A stretch of 64,000 bases of DNA from Nostoc sp. (GTDB lineage: Bacteria > Cyanobacteriota > Cyanobacteriia > Cyanobacteriales > Nostocaceae): positions 320,001 through 384,000 of the forward strand of contig JBALDB010000007.1 in the NCBI GenBank assembly GCA_036918135.1. The letters run 5' to 3'. Shown one piece after another: positions 10,257-20,888 of this stretch. The notes beneath the pieces are model-generated. The model did not search any database. It worked only from the letters and a program-made list of their open reading frames with translations, and was not told the DNA's origin. The first letter of the stretch is position 1; each line of letters starts with the position of its first letter. Both the position numbers and the translations under genes were made by a program.

Positions 10257-11480
10257 CTACTTCTTATTAGTATTTGGTTTAGCGATCCGAACTGCAACTT
10301 TCACCGCTTCATCTAAATTTTCTACCACAGCAAGAGTATTGCTGTTAGTTTTAAGTGTTGCTAAATAATTTTTAGTTGGATTTAACTCAGAACCAGCAAT
10401 GCGGATAACTAAGGATGGAAAATCCACATTTTGGTGTTTACTACCATTAGAGCGTCCAACTTGTAATTTGAATTCATTATTGTCTGGTTGGACAAATTTG
10501 GCTATAACTTGGGTTACTTCCTCAGCTTGAGGAATGCTACCTAAGAAGTTAATTAGTATGACTTCGATGCTTTTGTCAGCAGCCAAAATTTTTAAACCTG
10601 TTTCTAGGCGATCGCAAAAGGTAGTTGGTGTGGTATCTGTAAGGAAAGCATGGCGTAGATTCAAACAAACACCTGGTTTACCGCCAGCATTAGACACTAA
10701 ATCCAAAGTTGCCATAACTGAACCAGTACCATTACCTAAAATCCCGATTTTTCCGTGCATTTGCACGCCTTCCCAGTCGCCCAAAATACCGTTGATTTCA
10801 GTACTTGGATGACGGCTGATAATTTTTGCTGCCATTTGGGCAATATCTGGATGACGCTTGATCGAGCGTTCATTTACCCTGACTTTACCATTGAGAGCCA
10901 TAACTTCACCATTAGGATTGACTGCCAAGGGATTAATTTCGACTAAATCCAGGTCTTTTTGCACAAATAATTGATACATCTTCTGGACAACGCTGCTTAC
11001 CGACTGCATCAGCATCCCCTGCAAGCCCATTTTCAAAGCGAGTCGTCGGGCATAAAATGGAGAAAATTCTTGTTCGACAACGACATAGTGCATTTTTTCT
11101 CCAGCGGATTCCCAATCAATGTTTGCTTCATTGCAACCTAAAAGCACTGGTCGGCAAACTGCGGTGTCTAAAACCACTGCTAGATAAAATTCCTGGTTGG
11201 CGTCGTATTGGGATTCTGCTAGGACAACTTCCGGCAACTCCCCCCATATTGGTAAACTAAAGATATTTTGAGCAGCAGCGATCGCATCGATAGTTGTTTC
11301 GGCAAACCTGACTCCACCTGCTTTTGCCCGTTCTGCTCCATGTACTTGAGATTTCAGTACAATTGGAAAGCGAATTTTTAAACGTTTTAAATCTGTAGGA
11401 TGGTCAATTCGTTGCGAAGGCAATACAGGAATGCCTATTTTCCCAAACCATTCTTTCACTTGATACTCTAATAAATCCAT
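10257..11480 (-). CDS. sucC: Succinyl-CoA ligase beta-subunit-like protein (ATP-grasp)
   Basis: MDLLEYQVKE, LKSQVH..RAKAGGV, VEINPL, GNGTGSVMATLD. Confidence 0.88.
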   Translation of the reverse strand: MDLLEYQVKEWFGKIGIPVLPSQRIDHPTDLKRLKIRFPIVLKSQVHGAERAKAGGVRFAETTIDAIAAAQNIFSLPIWGELPEVVLAESQYDANQEFYLAVVLDTAVCRPVLLGCNEANIDWESAGEKMHYVVVEQEFSPFYARRLALKMGLQGMLMQSVSSVVQKMYQLFVQKDLDLVEINPLAVNPNGEVMALNGKVRVNERSIKRHPDIAQMAAKIISRHPSTEINGILGDWEGVQMHGKIGILGNGTGSVMATLDLVSNAGGKPGVCLNLRHAFLTDTTPTTFCDRLETGLKILAADKSIEVILINFLGSIPQAEEVTQVIAKFVQPDNNEFKLQVGRSNGSKHQNVDFPSLVIRIAGSELNPTKNYLATLKTNSNTLAVVENLDEAVKVAVRIAKPNTNKK

Positions 11481-11788
11481 TGATACACCTTGTATTTGCA
11501 CTTTCCAACCTGAGGGTTAGTACTGTCTAAATATTTGACAGCACTTTGATTACATAATTAAACTTTTGGCAGCTATAAAAACTTATTTTTCACGTATCAA
11601 TTTTATCGAATTCAGCAGATGAGGCAAATTAATTTTCCTACCCACAAGACGTAATTAATCTCCTCAGTAGACTTCCCAGCATAGAAGATAACTAGCATTC
11701 CTGTCAAAAACCTCTGACATAGCCATATTTCCTTAACCTGTGGATAATTTTGCCATAATTTGTCTGCAAATATAATCTTGCCAAAGAG

Positions 11789-11933
11789 TAAGTAAGTCGG
11801 AGTAAATATTTATCATTAAGATCGGGCAGAGAGCAGAGAACAGAGAGCAGAAGGCAAAAGGCAGAAGAGAAGAGGGTTTTAGTTGATTTAATTTTTCGTT
11901 ACATACTTTGGTCTATTTACACTGTTCTACTTA
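11789..11933. mobile_element. MITE-like element, family B, copy 1
   Basis: TAAGTAAGTCGG...CTACTTA ends with internal GCAGA(G/A)GA heptamers; homologous to 45429-45558. Confidence 0.6.
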
Positions 11934-12253
11934 GCTGTTGTGAATTTAATTGTCATAAAATTAGGCAGTGAAAATGCTCAAAAATTTTATTATTCCCGTT
12001 TTTTCTGAAAAAATATATACCTGTGGATAGATTATCTAATTTTGTATCTACTAGCTTGAAAATGTAGCCATACGAACAATTACTAATATTTAAATTTTTG
12101 GTTAAAAGTCAGAATTTGTGTTAAAAAGTTGTTCGATTATATTTTCAGGCTGTGATTGGTTAAACTGTGCATCTTTATTCAACAAATCCAAAAAGTTCAT
12201 TTCATCTCCTTAAAAATAATCAAAACAATATAGAAGTTCAGTACGAAAGTTTT

Positions 12254-14083
12254 ATGAAAGTAGCAGTCCAGCAGGAAGATTTACAGCTTTTAGCTAAAAC
12301 TTTGCAGGAACAATTGCTCGTAGAAGTCTCATCAAATGGAGCCTTTGAAGTTAAATGTGCCGTCAATAAAGACGAGCTAATGATTTTAACTCAACACCCA
12401 TCAAGTGTAATAGTTGATGCTCAAGTTATCTTTGCAGTCATCGAGGATGTACTTCAGTCCTTAGCATCCTACAGAGAGCAACGAGTGCAATGTTTCCTCA
12501 GAGTTTTTGGCGAACAACTTCCTTATAGCAAATGTTTTTTAGCTCTCAAGCAAAGAACGGGATGGGAAGACGAGGAGATGGGAATTTGGGGAGTTCAAGG
12601 AGTAAGGGGAGTAGGGGAAGATGAGGAAGTGGGGAAAGATGAGGGAGCAATATCTTCCTTGTCTGCTTTGTCCGCCTACTCCTCATCCTCTTCATCCGCC
12701 TCATCAGCTCTGACCTATTTACCATCAATTGATGAAACTGAACAAGAAGAAGTATTCGACCCATTTGCAGATGCGCCGAATTTAGCGGCTTCTAAACCAG
12801 CACGCCTCAAACCTCTATTCGTAGGTGTAGCCTTGGTGGGAATTGTCGTTTTAGGCATTGGCGGTTATTTACTGACTCGCCCTTGTGTGATGTCTGAGTG
12901 CAAAGAAATACAAGTTGCTGAGCAATTAAAAACAGAATCCCCGGAATTGATGCGCCGCGCCAAGTCAGAAAAAGAATTAGTAGCAGTGCAGCAGCAACTT
13001 GTAGCGGCTAGCACAGCCTTGAACGTAATTCCTAGTTGGTCGCCGCGTTACCAGGTATCGGAAGAACTCAAAGCAAATTTATCTGGGCGGTCAGAAAAAA
13101 TCGACCAGGTAGTTAAGGCTTTGCAGACCGCATCTTTAGCGGCAGAAAAAATTAAAACTCCCGCAGATAGTTTAGAAGAAATACAAGCTAGACAACAATT
13201 ATGGCGACAGGCGATCGCACCACTAGAGGCTATAACTCCTAATAGCGAACTGTATGCTCTAGTACAAGCAAAATTATTTAGCTATCGTATCAGTTTGCAC
13301 GCTGTGAATCAGCAGATACTAATTGAAGAAAAATGGCTGAAAAAACTAGCAGCAGCAAAAGCTGTAGCTGATACAGCCGAGAACCGACAAGCTAGTGCTA
13401 AATCCTTGAAGGATTGGCAAAAAGTGGAGTCTAACTGGCAGATAGTTATTAATGCCTTGAGAGTGATTCCCCAGACTAGCCCCACATATCAACAAGCCCA
13501 AAAGTTGTTGTTAGATTATAAACCTAAGTTAGTAGCAGCACGCGAGCGCACTATTAAAGAACAATTAGCTGCTAGAACCTACCAACAAGCTGTTAGTAGC
13601 GCCAACCAAGCCAAAGTCTATCAGCAACAAAACCAATGGCAAGCAGCAGCAACATACTGGGAGCAGGCTTTGGAAACTGCTAAAAAAGTTTCCCAAGATA
13701 GCTTGTACTACACTCAGGCTCAGTCCCTAATCGAACCCTACTCAACAGCCCTCAAACAAGTACAAGAAAAACTACAAGTTGTTAGTAGTTTGCAACAAAC
13801 CCGTACTGACTTAGGTAAAACCTGTGTTAATGGAATTCGGATTTGCACTTTTAGCATGGATAATGTAGGAATTATTGTGCGGTTAACTCCTGAGTACGAC
13901 CAATTAAGACAAAATACCTTAGCTAATCCTAATTCACAGAATTTGGATACTGCTGTTAACTTTAGCAATCACTTACAAATCCTACGAGAAGCCCTAGCTG
14001 TAATTAGTGACAATGCCAATTTGTCCCTTTCCCTTTATGATTCCCAAGGTCAGGTAATTTATACACGGACTTTAGGAGAATAG
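12254..14083 (+). CDS. Hypothetical single-pass membrane protein with extracytoplasmic helical repeats
   Basis: TM helix LFVGVALVGIVVLGIGGYLL; repeated W..AI..L..IP..S..Y..AQ units; low-complexity repeat-derived linker at about 12560-12710. Confidence 0.8.
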   Translation: MKVAVQQEDLQLLAKTLQEQLLVEVSSNGAFEVKCAVNKDELMILTQHPSSVIVDAQVIFAVIEDVLQSLASYREQRVQCFLRVFGEQLPYSKCFLALKQRTGWEDEEMGIWGVQGVRGVGEDEEVGKDEGAISSLSALSAYSSSSSSASSALTYLPSIDETEQEEVFDPFADAPNLAASKPARLKPLFVGVALVGIVVLGIGGYLLTRPCVMSECKEIQVAEQLKTESPELMRRAKSEKELVAVQQQLVAASTALNVIPSWSPRYQVSEELKANLSGRSEKIDQVVKALQTASLAAEKIKTPADSLEEIQARQQLWRQAIAPLEAITPNSELYALVQAKLFSYRISLHAVNQQILIEEKWLKKLAAAKAVADTAENRQASAKSLKDWQKVESNWQIVINALRVIPQTSPTYQQAQKLLLDYKPKLVAARERTIKEQLAARTYQQAVSSANQAKVYQQQNQWQAAATYWEQALETAKKVSQDSLYYTQAQSLIEPYSTALKQVQEKLQVVSSLQQTRTDLGKTCVNGIRICTFSMDNVGIIVRLTPEYDQLRQNTLANPNSQNLDTAVNFSNHLQILREALAVISDNANLSLSLYDSQGQVIYTRTLGE

Positions 14084-14133
14084 AAAAGTTAGGAGTAGAA
14101 ACGCAATCTGCAACACAAAGAAATTTATGAATA

Positions 14134-14171
14134 AAATGATGTTAGAAAAGTCATAAAATAAAACATCATTT
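14134..14171. promoter_or_regulatory. Inverted repeat upstream of the TA operon (candidate autoregulatory operator)
   Basis: AAATGATGTT (14134-14143) / AACATCATTT (14162-14171), a perfect 10-bp inverted repeat. Confidence 0.45.
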
Positions 14172-14183
14172 GATATATATAGT

Positions 14184-14459
14184 ATGGAGCAACAAACTGT
14201 TCGCACAACATTGACCCTCCCAAAGGATTTGTTAGAGGCAACGGATAAAGCCGTTCAGGCAGGAAAAGCCAAAAGCCGCAACGAGTTTGTAATACAGGCA
14301 TTACGGCGTGAACTCGCTACTCAAAAACGGGCACAAATTGATCTAGCCTTAGCAGAAATGGCAAGTGACGTAGAGTATCAAGCCGAAGTTTTGCAGATGG
14401 AGGCAGAATTTGCTCCGGCTCAGTGGGAAGCTTTGAGGTTAGAGGAAATTTCCGAATGA
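14184..14459 (+). CDS. Ribbon-helix-helix (CopG-like) antitoxin
   Basis: RTTLTLPKDLLEATD...SRNEFVIQALRREL; ATGA overlap with the toxin gene. Confidence 0.85.
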   Translation: MEQQTVRTTLTLPKDLLEATDKAVQAGKAKSRNEFVIQALRRELATQKRAQIDLALAEMASDVEYQAEVLQMEAEFAPAQWEALRLEEISE

Positions 14460-14842
14460 GACGGGGTGAAGTCTACGATGCCCGTCTAGAGCCAACTGAA
14501 GGATCGGAACAGGGTGGAACCCGTCCAATCATTATTGTCAGCCGGGATGTGATTAATGCTGCCAGTCCTGTGATTCTAGCAGTTCCCTGTACAACCTATC
14601 GGTCGAGTAAACGAATCTATCCTACACAAGTGTTGCTCCAGCCACCTGAGGGTGGATTAACTCATGATTCGCTGGCAATGACAGATCAGATTCGGGTACT
14701 CTCAAAATCCCGCTTATTACGTTTGCGCGGAACACTTTCAGCAGTAGCAATCGCTCAACTCAACCGTTCGCTATTAATTGCCCTCGATTTACCAGGGCAA
14801 GATGATGAAATACTCTTAGATATTAACGCTTCACCTGATTAA
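14456..14842 (+). CDS. PemK/MazF family endoribonuclease toxin
   Basis: MRRGEVYDARLEPTEGSEQGGTRPIIIVS...DQIRVLSKSRL. Confidence 0.92.
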   Translation: MRRGEVYDARLEPTEGSEQGGTRPIIIVSRDVINAASPVILAVPCTTYRSSKRIYPTQVLLQPPEGGLTHDSLAMTDQIRVLSKSRLLRLRGTLSAVAIAQLNRSLLIALDLPGQDDEILLDINASPD

Positions 14843-15607
14843 CTGCGCGGTGGAGTTAAAAAACTGACGACACAATCCCTTAGTCAACAAAACTGTTGTC
14901 AGTAAGTTAGCAAAAGCAACCATGAAAGTAATTAAAATTTCGTAGGACACAGCATCCAAAGGTTTGACACCAGCGAGTAATTGTCCGGTGGTAATTCCTG
15001 GTATTGCCACCATACCTATAAGTATCATTTGATTGAGAGTTGGAATCAATGCGACCCTAATGGCGTCTTTGCGGTACTGGCTAACAGCTTGCTCTGGTGT
15101 TGCACCTAAGCTCAAATGGGTTTCTATTTCTAGATGGCTGGAATTAATCGTAGTGACAAGGCGTTCCCCAGCGATCGCCGCTGCGTTCATGGCATTACCT
15201 ATGACTATCCCTGCTAAGGGAATCACATACTGTGGTTGATACCATCTGTCTGGTTGAAGAATCAAGAAGTTGGTATAAAGCACTGTCAAGGCGCTACTGA
15301 TGAAAATTGCACCCCATACCAAAGGCAATACATAAGGAATTTTTTGACTGATGCGATTTCGTGCGACAATCGCCGTAATCGTCAGCATGATTGCTAATAT
15401 CGCTAAAACTGCCCAACCATTGTTCCAAGCAAAGATGAAATCTAAAATGTATCCCAATACAAGTAGTTGTAAGATGGTTCTTCCAGTAGCAAGGGCTAAG
15501 TTCAACTCTAGTCCTAATTTTTCCCAGCTAGATACACCAATGGCGATCGCCATTAATCCTAAAGCAATAGCTAAATCCACGAAATCTAGCTCGATTGGCT
15601 CCTGCAT
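14831..15607 (-). CDS. fetB: ABC transporter permease FetB (UPF0014)
   Basis: RTILQLLVLGYIL, YVIPLAGIVIGNAMN, LSLGATP, GMVAIPGITTGQLLAG. Confidence 0.85.
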   Translation of the reverse strand: MQEPIELDFVDLAIALGLMAIAIGVSSWEKLGLELNLALATGRTILQLLVLGYILDFIFAWNNGWAVLAILAIMLTITAIVARNRISQKIPYVLPLVWGAIFISSALTVLYTNFLILQPDRWYQPQYVIPLAGIVIGNAMNAAAIAGERLVTTINSSHLEIETHLSLGATPEQAVSQYRKDAIRVALIPTLNQMILIGMVAIPGITTGQLLAGVKPLDAVSYEILITFMVAFANLLTTVLLTKGLCRQFFNSTAQLIR

Positions 15608-15932
15608 GGGTTTTTTATCTCCTGGTATTTTATTCTCAAAGCAGCACGTACAAGAGGAACTTTGATTCAACGTGTTGGCTCTTGGTTGATATATGTCACC
15701 TTCAGCAATTTAAAATTCAAAATGGTACAACTTTAACATGGCAACCACTTAGTAAGACTACTTTCTTGTAAATTAAATGTGCGGTTGAATACACCACAAT
15801 TCCAGCAAAAACCCTAAGAGATGCGTAATTTGGGCGATAGTCTTTTGACAGCTCTTTGATTAACAATTCAATCTGCAAAAATTGACTCTCGAAGTGCATC
15901 CTTTGTATCTTCCGATAAAATAATAAGAACTC

Positions 15933-17081
15933 ATGATCCAAAGCGTAAATCCCGTCCCTGCTTTTGATATCAAGCAGCAATATACCAGCATTGAAGCAGA
16001 AGTAAGTGCAGCAGTTTTAGAAGTTCTAGCTTCTGGTCGTTATATCGGCGGCCCCTTAGTCGAAGGCTTTGAGCAACAGTTTGCCGCGTATCATGGTGTT
16101 AGTCAATGTATAGCTTGTAATTCTGGTACTGATGCGCTTTATTTAGCTCTACGAGTGTTGGGAATTGGTGCAGGCGATGAAGTGATTACAACCCCTTTCA
16201 CTTTTATCGCTACTGCTGAAGTGATTAGCGCCGTGGGTGCAAAACCTGTTTTTGTTGATATTGATACTACTACGTTTAACTTAGATGTAGAGCAAATAAC
16301 AGCAGCAATTACACCAAAAACCAAAGCGATTATCCCGGTTCACCTATTTGGGCAACCAGTGGATATGACATCATTGATGGCAATCGCTCTTTCTCACAAT
16401 TTATCAGTAATTGAAGATTGCGCTCAATCTACAGGCGCAATTTGGACAGAGCAAAAAGTCGGCAGCATTGGACATATTGGTTGCTTTAGTTTCTACCCTA
16501 CCAAAAATCTTGGTGGTTGCGGGGATGGCGGAGCAATAACGACTAACGATCCAGCGATCGCCACAAAACTGCGAATCCTACGGGATCATGGAAGTAAAAT
16601 TCGATATTTACACGAGGAAATAGGTGTAAATAGCCGCTTGGATGCTCTACAAGCGGCTATTTTGCAAATTAAGCTGCGTTATTTGGATATTTGGAATGAA
16701 CGGCGGCAAGAAATTGCCAATTATTACTATCAGTTCCTCAGTCAAGTTCCAGGGATTGTCCCACCCCAAGAATTACCTGAGGGTATTGGGGTATGGAATC
16801 AATACACTATTCGCATCTCAGGTGAAGGACGAAATGGTGCCAGCGCCAAATATCGAGATTGGGTACGTAACCAATTGCAAGAGCAAGGCGTCAGTTCAAT
16901 GGTTTACTACCCCTACCCTTTACACTTGCAGCCAGTTTATCAAAATCTGGGCTATCAAATTGGAGACTTCCCAGTGGCAGAGCAAGCTTGCCATGAAGTT
17001 ATATCCTTGCCTATGTTCCCAGAACTGACACAACAACAGCAAGACCAAGTGATTTATGCGCTTAAAGAAGTTATGAGTTAA
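15933..17081 (+). CDS. DegT/DnrJ/EryC1/StrS PLP-dependent aminotransferase
   Basis: NSGTDAL, PVHLFGQ, IEDCAQS, FSFYPTKNLG. Confidence 0.93.
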   Translation: MIQSVNPVPAFDIKQQYTSIEAEVSAAVLEVLASGRYIGGPLVEGFEQQFAAYHGVSQCIACNSGTDALYLALRVLGIGAGDEVITTPFTFIATAEVISAVGAKPVFVDIDTTTFNLDVEQITAAITPKTKAIIPVHLFGQPVDMTSLMAIALSHNLSVIEDCAQSTGAIWTEQKVGSIGHIGCFSFYPTKNLGGCGDGGAITTNDPAIATKLRILRDHGSKIRYLHEEIGVNSRLDALQAAILQIKLRYLDIWNERRQEIANYYYQFLSQVPGIVPPQELPEGIGVWNQYTIRISGEGRNGASAKYRDWVRNQLQEQGVSSMVYYPYPLHLQPVYQNLGYQIGDFPVAEQACHEVISLPMFPELTQQQQDQVIYALKEVMS

Positions 17082-17161
17082 AAGTTAGGAATTGGGAGTG
17101 TAGGAGTTTGGAGTTTTGAATTAACAAGTTTCTTCAACTCCTAACTCCTAACTCACCGCTC

Positions 17162-17905
17162 CTAACTTCTAACTGTATTTGCAGTTGCTAACGCTTCCAC
17201 CAAACCACGCACAGCAGCAATCATTGCTACTTCGCTATTGAGTTGGTTAATGGCGGAACCAACGCCAACGCCAGCAGCACCAGCAGCGATCGCTAATGGT
17301 GCAGTAACGCTAGAAATGCCTGAAGCACACAATACTGGTACTGTTACTGCACGAGATATCTCATAAGCTGCTGCCAAGCTAGGCGCAGCTTTTTCAATTA
17401 ATCCTAGAGTTCCAGGGTGAACTGGATTACTGCTAGTACCACCTTCGGTTTGGATAATATCTGCTCCAGCTTTCACCAGTTCCTCTGCTAGTTGTACCTG
17501 TCGATCTAGTTCCAGGATGTGAGGAACGGTGACAGATAAGGTAATTTCCCCAAACAGAGCGCGGGTTTGCTTAGTCAAGGCTAGCACTTCTGAAGCCTCA
17601 AAACGGCGTCCTTGAGCATAGAAAGAATCGAAATTCCCGATTTCAATTAAATCAGCACCAGCTGCCACAGCTGGAACAAATTTCTCTGGTTCTACTGCTG
17701 ATACACAAACTGGCAGTTTTGTCAAATTTTTAGCTAACTGAACTAGGGCAGGATCGGCAGCGATATCGACGAAAGTAGCACCGCCAAATTCAGCAGCTTT
17801 GACAGTAGCAGCGACGCTAGTGGCATCGAAATTATTTAAGCCAGCGATCGCTTTGAGAACGCGGCGGTCAGTAAATGCACGTTGGAGTATGGAATGCATC
17901 GTCAT
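17162..17905 (-). CDS. ycf23: DUF561 / Ycf23 family TIM-barrel protein
   Basis: LKAIAGLNNFD, GATFVDIAAD, EIGNFDSFY, IIQTEGG. Confidence 0.85.
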   Translation of the reverse strand: MTMHSILQRAFTDRRVLKAIAGLNNFDATSVAATVKAAEFGGATFVDIAADPALVQLAKNLTKLPVCVSAVEPEKFVPAVAAGADLIEIGNFDSFYAQGRRFEASEVLALTKQTRALFGEITLSVTVPHILELDRQVQLAEELVKAGADIIQTEGGTSSNPVHPGTLGLIEKAAPSLAAAYEISRAVTVPVLCASGISSVTAPLAIAAGAAGVGVGSAINQLNSEVAMIAAVRGLVEALATANTVRS

Positions 17906-18228
17906 GGTTCGGCTTTGAAGCTACGAAAATTAGGTATATTCTACCGTTCTTGATGATAGAGAGCCTCAATTACGATCACAATTGCCAAATTTTGATAGTT
18001 CGAGCGCAAACTGCCGTTGAATACAGCATAATAATATGTATTTATTTACAGCATTTAGTTATTTCAATTTTTCTCCAAAAAATTTGATTATGAACCAGAT
18101 ATAATATTTGATACTAAAGCACACTTAGTTAATTATTTATACAAATTTCAATTCTCTATTTTTCAGCTTGTAAGCTCTAGTTAAATAATTAATTTAAGCT
18201 GGAAAAAGTTAACTATTTAATTCCACTG

Positions 18229-18810
18229 ATGAAGAACTTTCATAATTCAGAAATCAAACACTTTAAGATATATAAATTTGCCCCAGCTTGTGAGAACGAG
18301 CAAGTAGTCTTTGGTGCTATGCGACCTGGATACACTAATAAAATGGTTGATAATTGGATAGAATTCATGAAACACCAAGGTGTCAAGCGAGTTTGTTGCC
18401 TTCTTCCGAAGCAAGAACTAGCTTCTTACTGGGATCTGCTCGGAACATATAGACAGGAATTTGGTAATCAACTAGTTTGTTGGGCACCGATCGCAGATTT
18501 CCATTTATCCGATCTAGAAACCCTCACACAGAAAATACTTCCTTTTTTAATAGAAGCAGATCGGCAAAATGAGAAAGTCGTTGTCCACTGTTCTGGTGGC
18601 ATAGGACGTACTGGACATGTATTAGCGGCATGGCTAGTTAGTGTCCGAGGGTTATCAAATAAAACTGCAATCAATGCTGTTAAAAAAACTGGTAGAAATC
18701 CTCATGAAGCGGCGATCGCTGCTATATTTAGAGGCAAAAATCCTCTAAAAGTCGTAAAAGACCTTGACATACTTTTAAATAATTGCCGTCTAGCAGTCCG
18801 CCGCGAGTAG
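18229..18810 (+). CDS. Dual-specificity/tyrosine protein phosphatase
   Basis: CX5R loop VHCSGGIGRTG. Confidence 0.9.
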   Translation: MKNFHNSEIKHFKIYKFAPACENEQVVFGAMRPGYTNKMVDNWIEFMKHQGVKRVCCLLPKQELASYWDLLGTYRQEFGNQLVCWAPIADFHLSDLETLTQKILPFLIEADRQNEKVVVHCSGGIGRTGHVLAAWLVSVRGLSNKTAINAVKKTGRNPHEAAIAAIFRGKNPLKVVKDLDILLNNCRLAVRRE

Positions 18811-19088
18811 CAAAAGTTATCTTCACCAACAGCTAAAATATAACGTCAGAGTTAAAATAAATTGATTTTATTAAAGACAACTATTTGGACTGTATAATAT
18901 CTAATCAATTCTGAATTTTGATATCCTAAAATTCAACATATTCTTGACTATGAACGCGCCAGATTTGACATAACGGTTGATTATTTACAAAGCTTCAAAC
19001 CAGTGTTACCACTTGAGCAAAAAACCTATATAAAAGAAATTCTATAAAAAATAAGCTAAAAATTATTTCATTCGAGGTATTTATAACA

Positions 19089-19772
19089 ATGATTTTAGAT
19101 AAAGTAGTTCCTTTTGGCAGGTCAATGGATGAATATATAAAAATATTCAATTTAACAAATGCAGATTTAAATAAAAGAATTATTGGAATTGGGGATGGCC
19201 CAGCAAGTTTTAATGCTGAAATGACACATCAGGGTAAAAGTGTAGTTTCTGTCGATCCACTCTACCAATTTTCTAGCAATGAAATATTGCAAAGGTTTAA
19301 TGAAGTAGTAGATAATATCATTAACCAAGTCAAGGCTACACCGAATGATTTGGTATGGAGCTATCATAAATCTCCAGATGACTTGCGACAAAATCGAGTA
19401 AAAGTTATTCAAAAATTTCTGTCTGATTATGATAATGGCAAACAGAATAACAGATATATATTTGGGGAATTGCCAAATTTAGTATATCCTAATCAAAAAT
19501 TTGACATAGCCCTTTGTTCGCATTTATTGTTTTTATATTCAAACCATCTGGATTATGATTTTCACTTAAATTCAGTGGCTGAAATGCTGCGTATTGCTGA
19601 AGAAATCAGAATATTTCCCTTGATGACTTTAATGTCAAAGCCTTCGCAATATTTAGATAATATAGTTAAATATTATAGTGAAAAAGGTTACAAGATAAAT
19701 ATTGAAAAAGTTGAATATGAACTACAACCAGGTGGAAATCAGATGTTGAAGATAACCAAATTCTCAAAATAA
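19089..19772 (+). CDS. SAM-dependent methyltransferase-like protein
   Basis: GIGDGPASF motif I; FDIALCSHLLFLYS. Confidence 0.75.
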   Translation: MILDKVVPFGRSMDEYIKIFNLTNADLNKRIIGIGDGPASFNAEMTHQGKSVVSVDPLYQFSSNEILQRFNEVVDNIINQVKATPNDLVWSYHKSPDDLRQNRVKVIQKFLSDYDNGKQNNRYIFGELPNLVYPNQKFDIALCSHLLFLYSNHLDYDFHLNSVAEMLRIAEEIRIFPLMTLMSKPSQYLDNIVKYYSEKGYKINIEKVEYELQPGGNQMLKITKFSK

Positions 19773-19967
19773 TTACTAATTCATAATCACACTCAATAGC
19801 TCGTTAAGGCTGCCCTAACGTAATTCGTAATTATTATCCCATAATCAAGTGCATAGTAAGATTGCGAATGCGAGTGCATCTAGTCAAATAAGTTCAAAAA
19901 TCAAAGCAGACTGCTATAGACAAGTAAGGATACAATGGCATTCAGTGTTGGTATTCTTTTTCGCCCT

Positions 19968-20888
19968 ATGCTGCCAGTCATTTATTCCGACGAATTTTTA
20001 GATCATAAGACTGGAAAATACCATCCGGAAAAACCAGAACGGTTGACGGCGATCGCTAACGCTCTAAAAGCAGCTACATTTGCAGATAAAATTGCATGGC
20101 GATCGCCTACACCAGCACCAGAACAGCCAGAGTTAATGTCTTTGTTAGTTAAGGCTCACAGCCCAGCCTACATCAAAAAAGTCTGGGAAATTGCCTCTAG
20201 TGGCGGCGGCCCTTTGGACGGAGATACGCCAGTTTCAGAGCGCAGTTATGATGTGGCATTGTTGGCGGTGAGTGCTTGGTTAGATGGAGTTGAGGCTGTA
20301 TTAAAATCGGGTAATCCGGCTTTTGTACTGGCACGTCCACCAGGACACCATGCCGAAAGTAGTGCAGGTATGGGCTTTTGTTTATTTTCTAACGCCGCGA
20401 TCGCTGCTTTTTTTGCCCTCCAACAACCCGAAATTAACCGCGTCGCCATTCTCGATTGGGATGTACATCACGGTAATGGTACTCAAGCGATCGTTGAAAC
20501 CGAGCAACAAATTGCCTATTGTTCCCTACATCAGTATCCATGCTATCCCGGTACTGGCAGAGCAACAGAACGCGGCTTTCACAATAATGTGTTGAATTTA
20601 CCAATACCTCCTGGTAGTGATATTGCAGTCTATCAGCCGTTGTTTGAAAAAAAAGTAGTGCCATTTTTAGCTAACTTTAATCCAGATTTACTGATTGTCA
20701 GCGCTGGTTATGATGCCAATGCGGCAGATCCTTTGGCAAGTATCAACTTGCAATCAGAAGATTATGGTTTGTTTACCGATTATTGTCTGGGACTAACTCG
20801 TAAAATTCTCTTTGGCTTAGAAGGTGGCTACGATTTTGATGCACTTTCTCAATCTGTTCTAGCCACGATTGAACGTTGTTTACTTTAA
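19968..20888 (+). CDS. Histone deacetylase family amidohydrolase
   Basis: HPEKPERL, RPPGHHA, GFCLFSN, DWDVHHGNGT, SAGYDA, LEGGY. Confidence 0.95.
   Translation: MLPVIYSDEFLDHKTGKYHPEKPERLTAIANALKAATFADKIAWRSPTPAPEQPELMSLLVKAHSPAYIKKVWEIASSGGGPLDGDTPVSERSYDVALLAVSAWLDGVEAVLKSGNPAFVLARPPGHHAESSAGMGFCLFSNAAIAAFFALQQPEINRVAILDWDVHHGNGTQAIVETEQQIAYCSLHQYPCYPGTGRATERGFHNNVLNLPIPPGSDIAVYQPLFEKKVVPFLANFNPDLLIVSAGYDANAADPLASINLQSEDYGLFTDYCLGLTRKILFGLEGGYDFDALSQSVLATIERCLL

Noticed and set aside
18920..19050. Possible gene remnant (PKIQHILDYERARFDITVDYLQSF...)
   Set aside because: Looks protein-like, but too short and without a start; family cannot be supported without a search.
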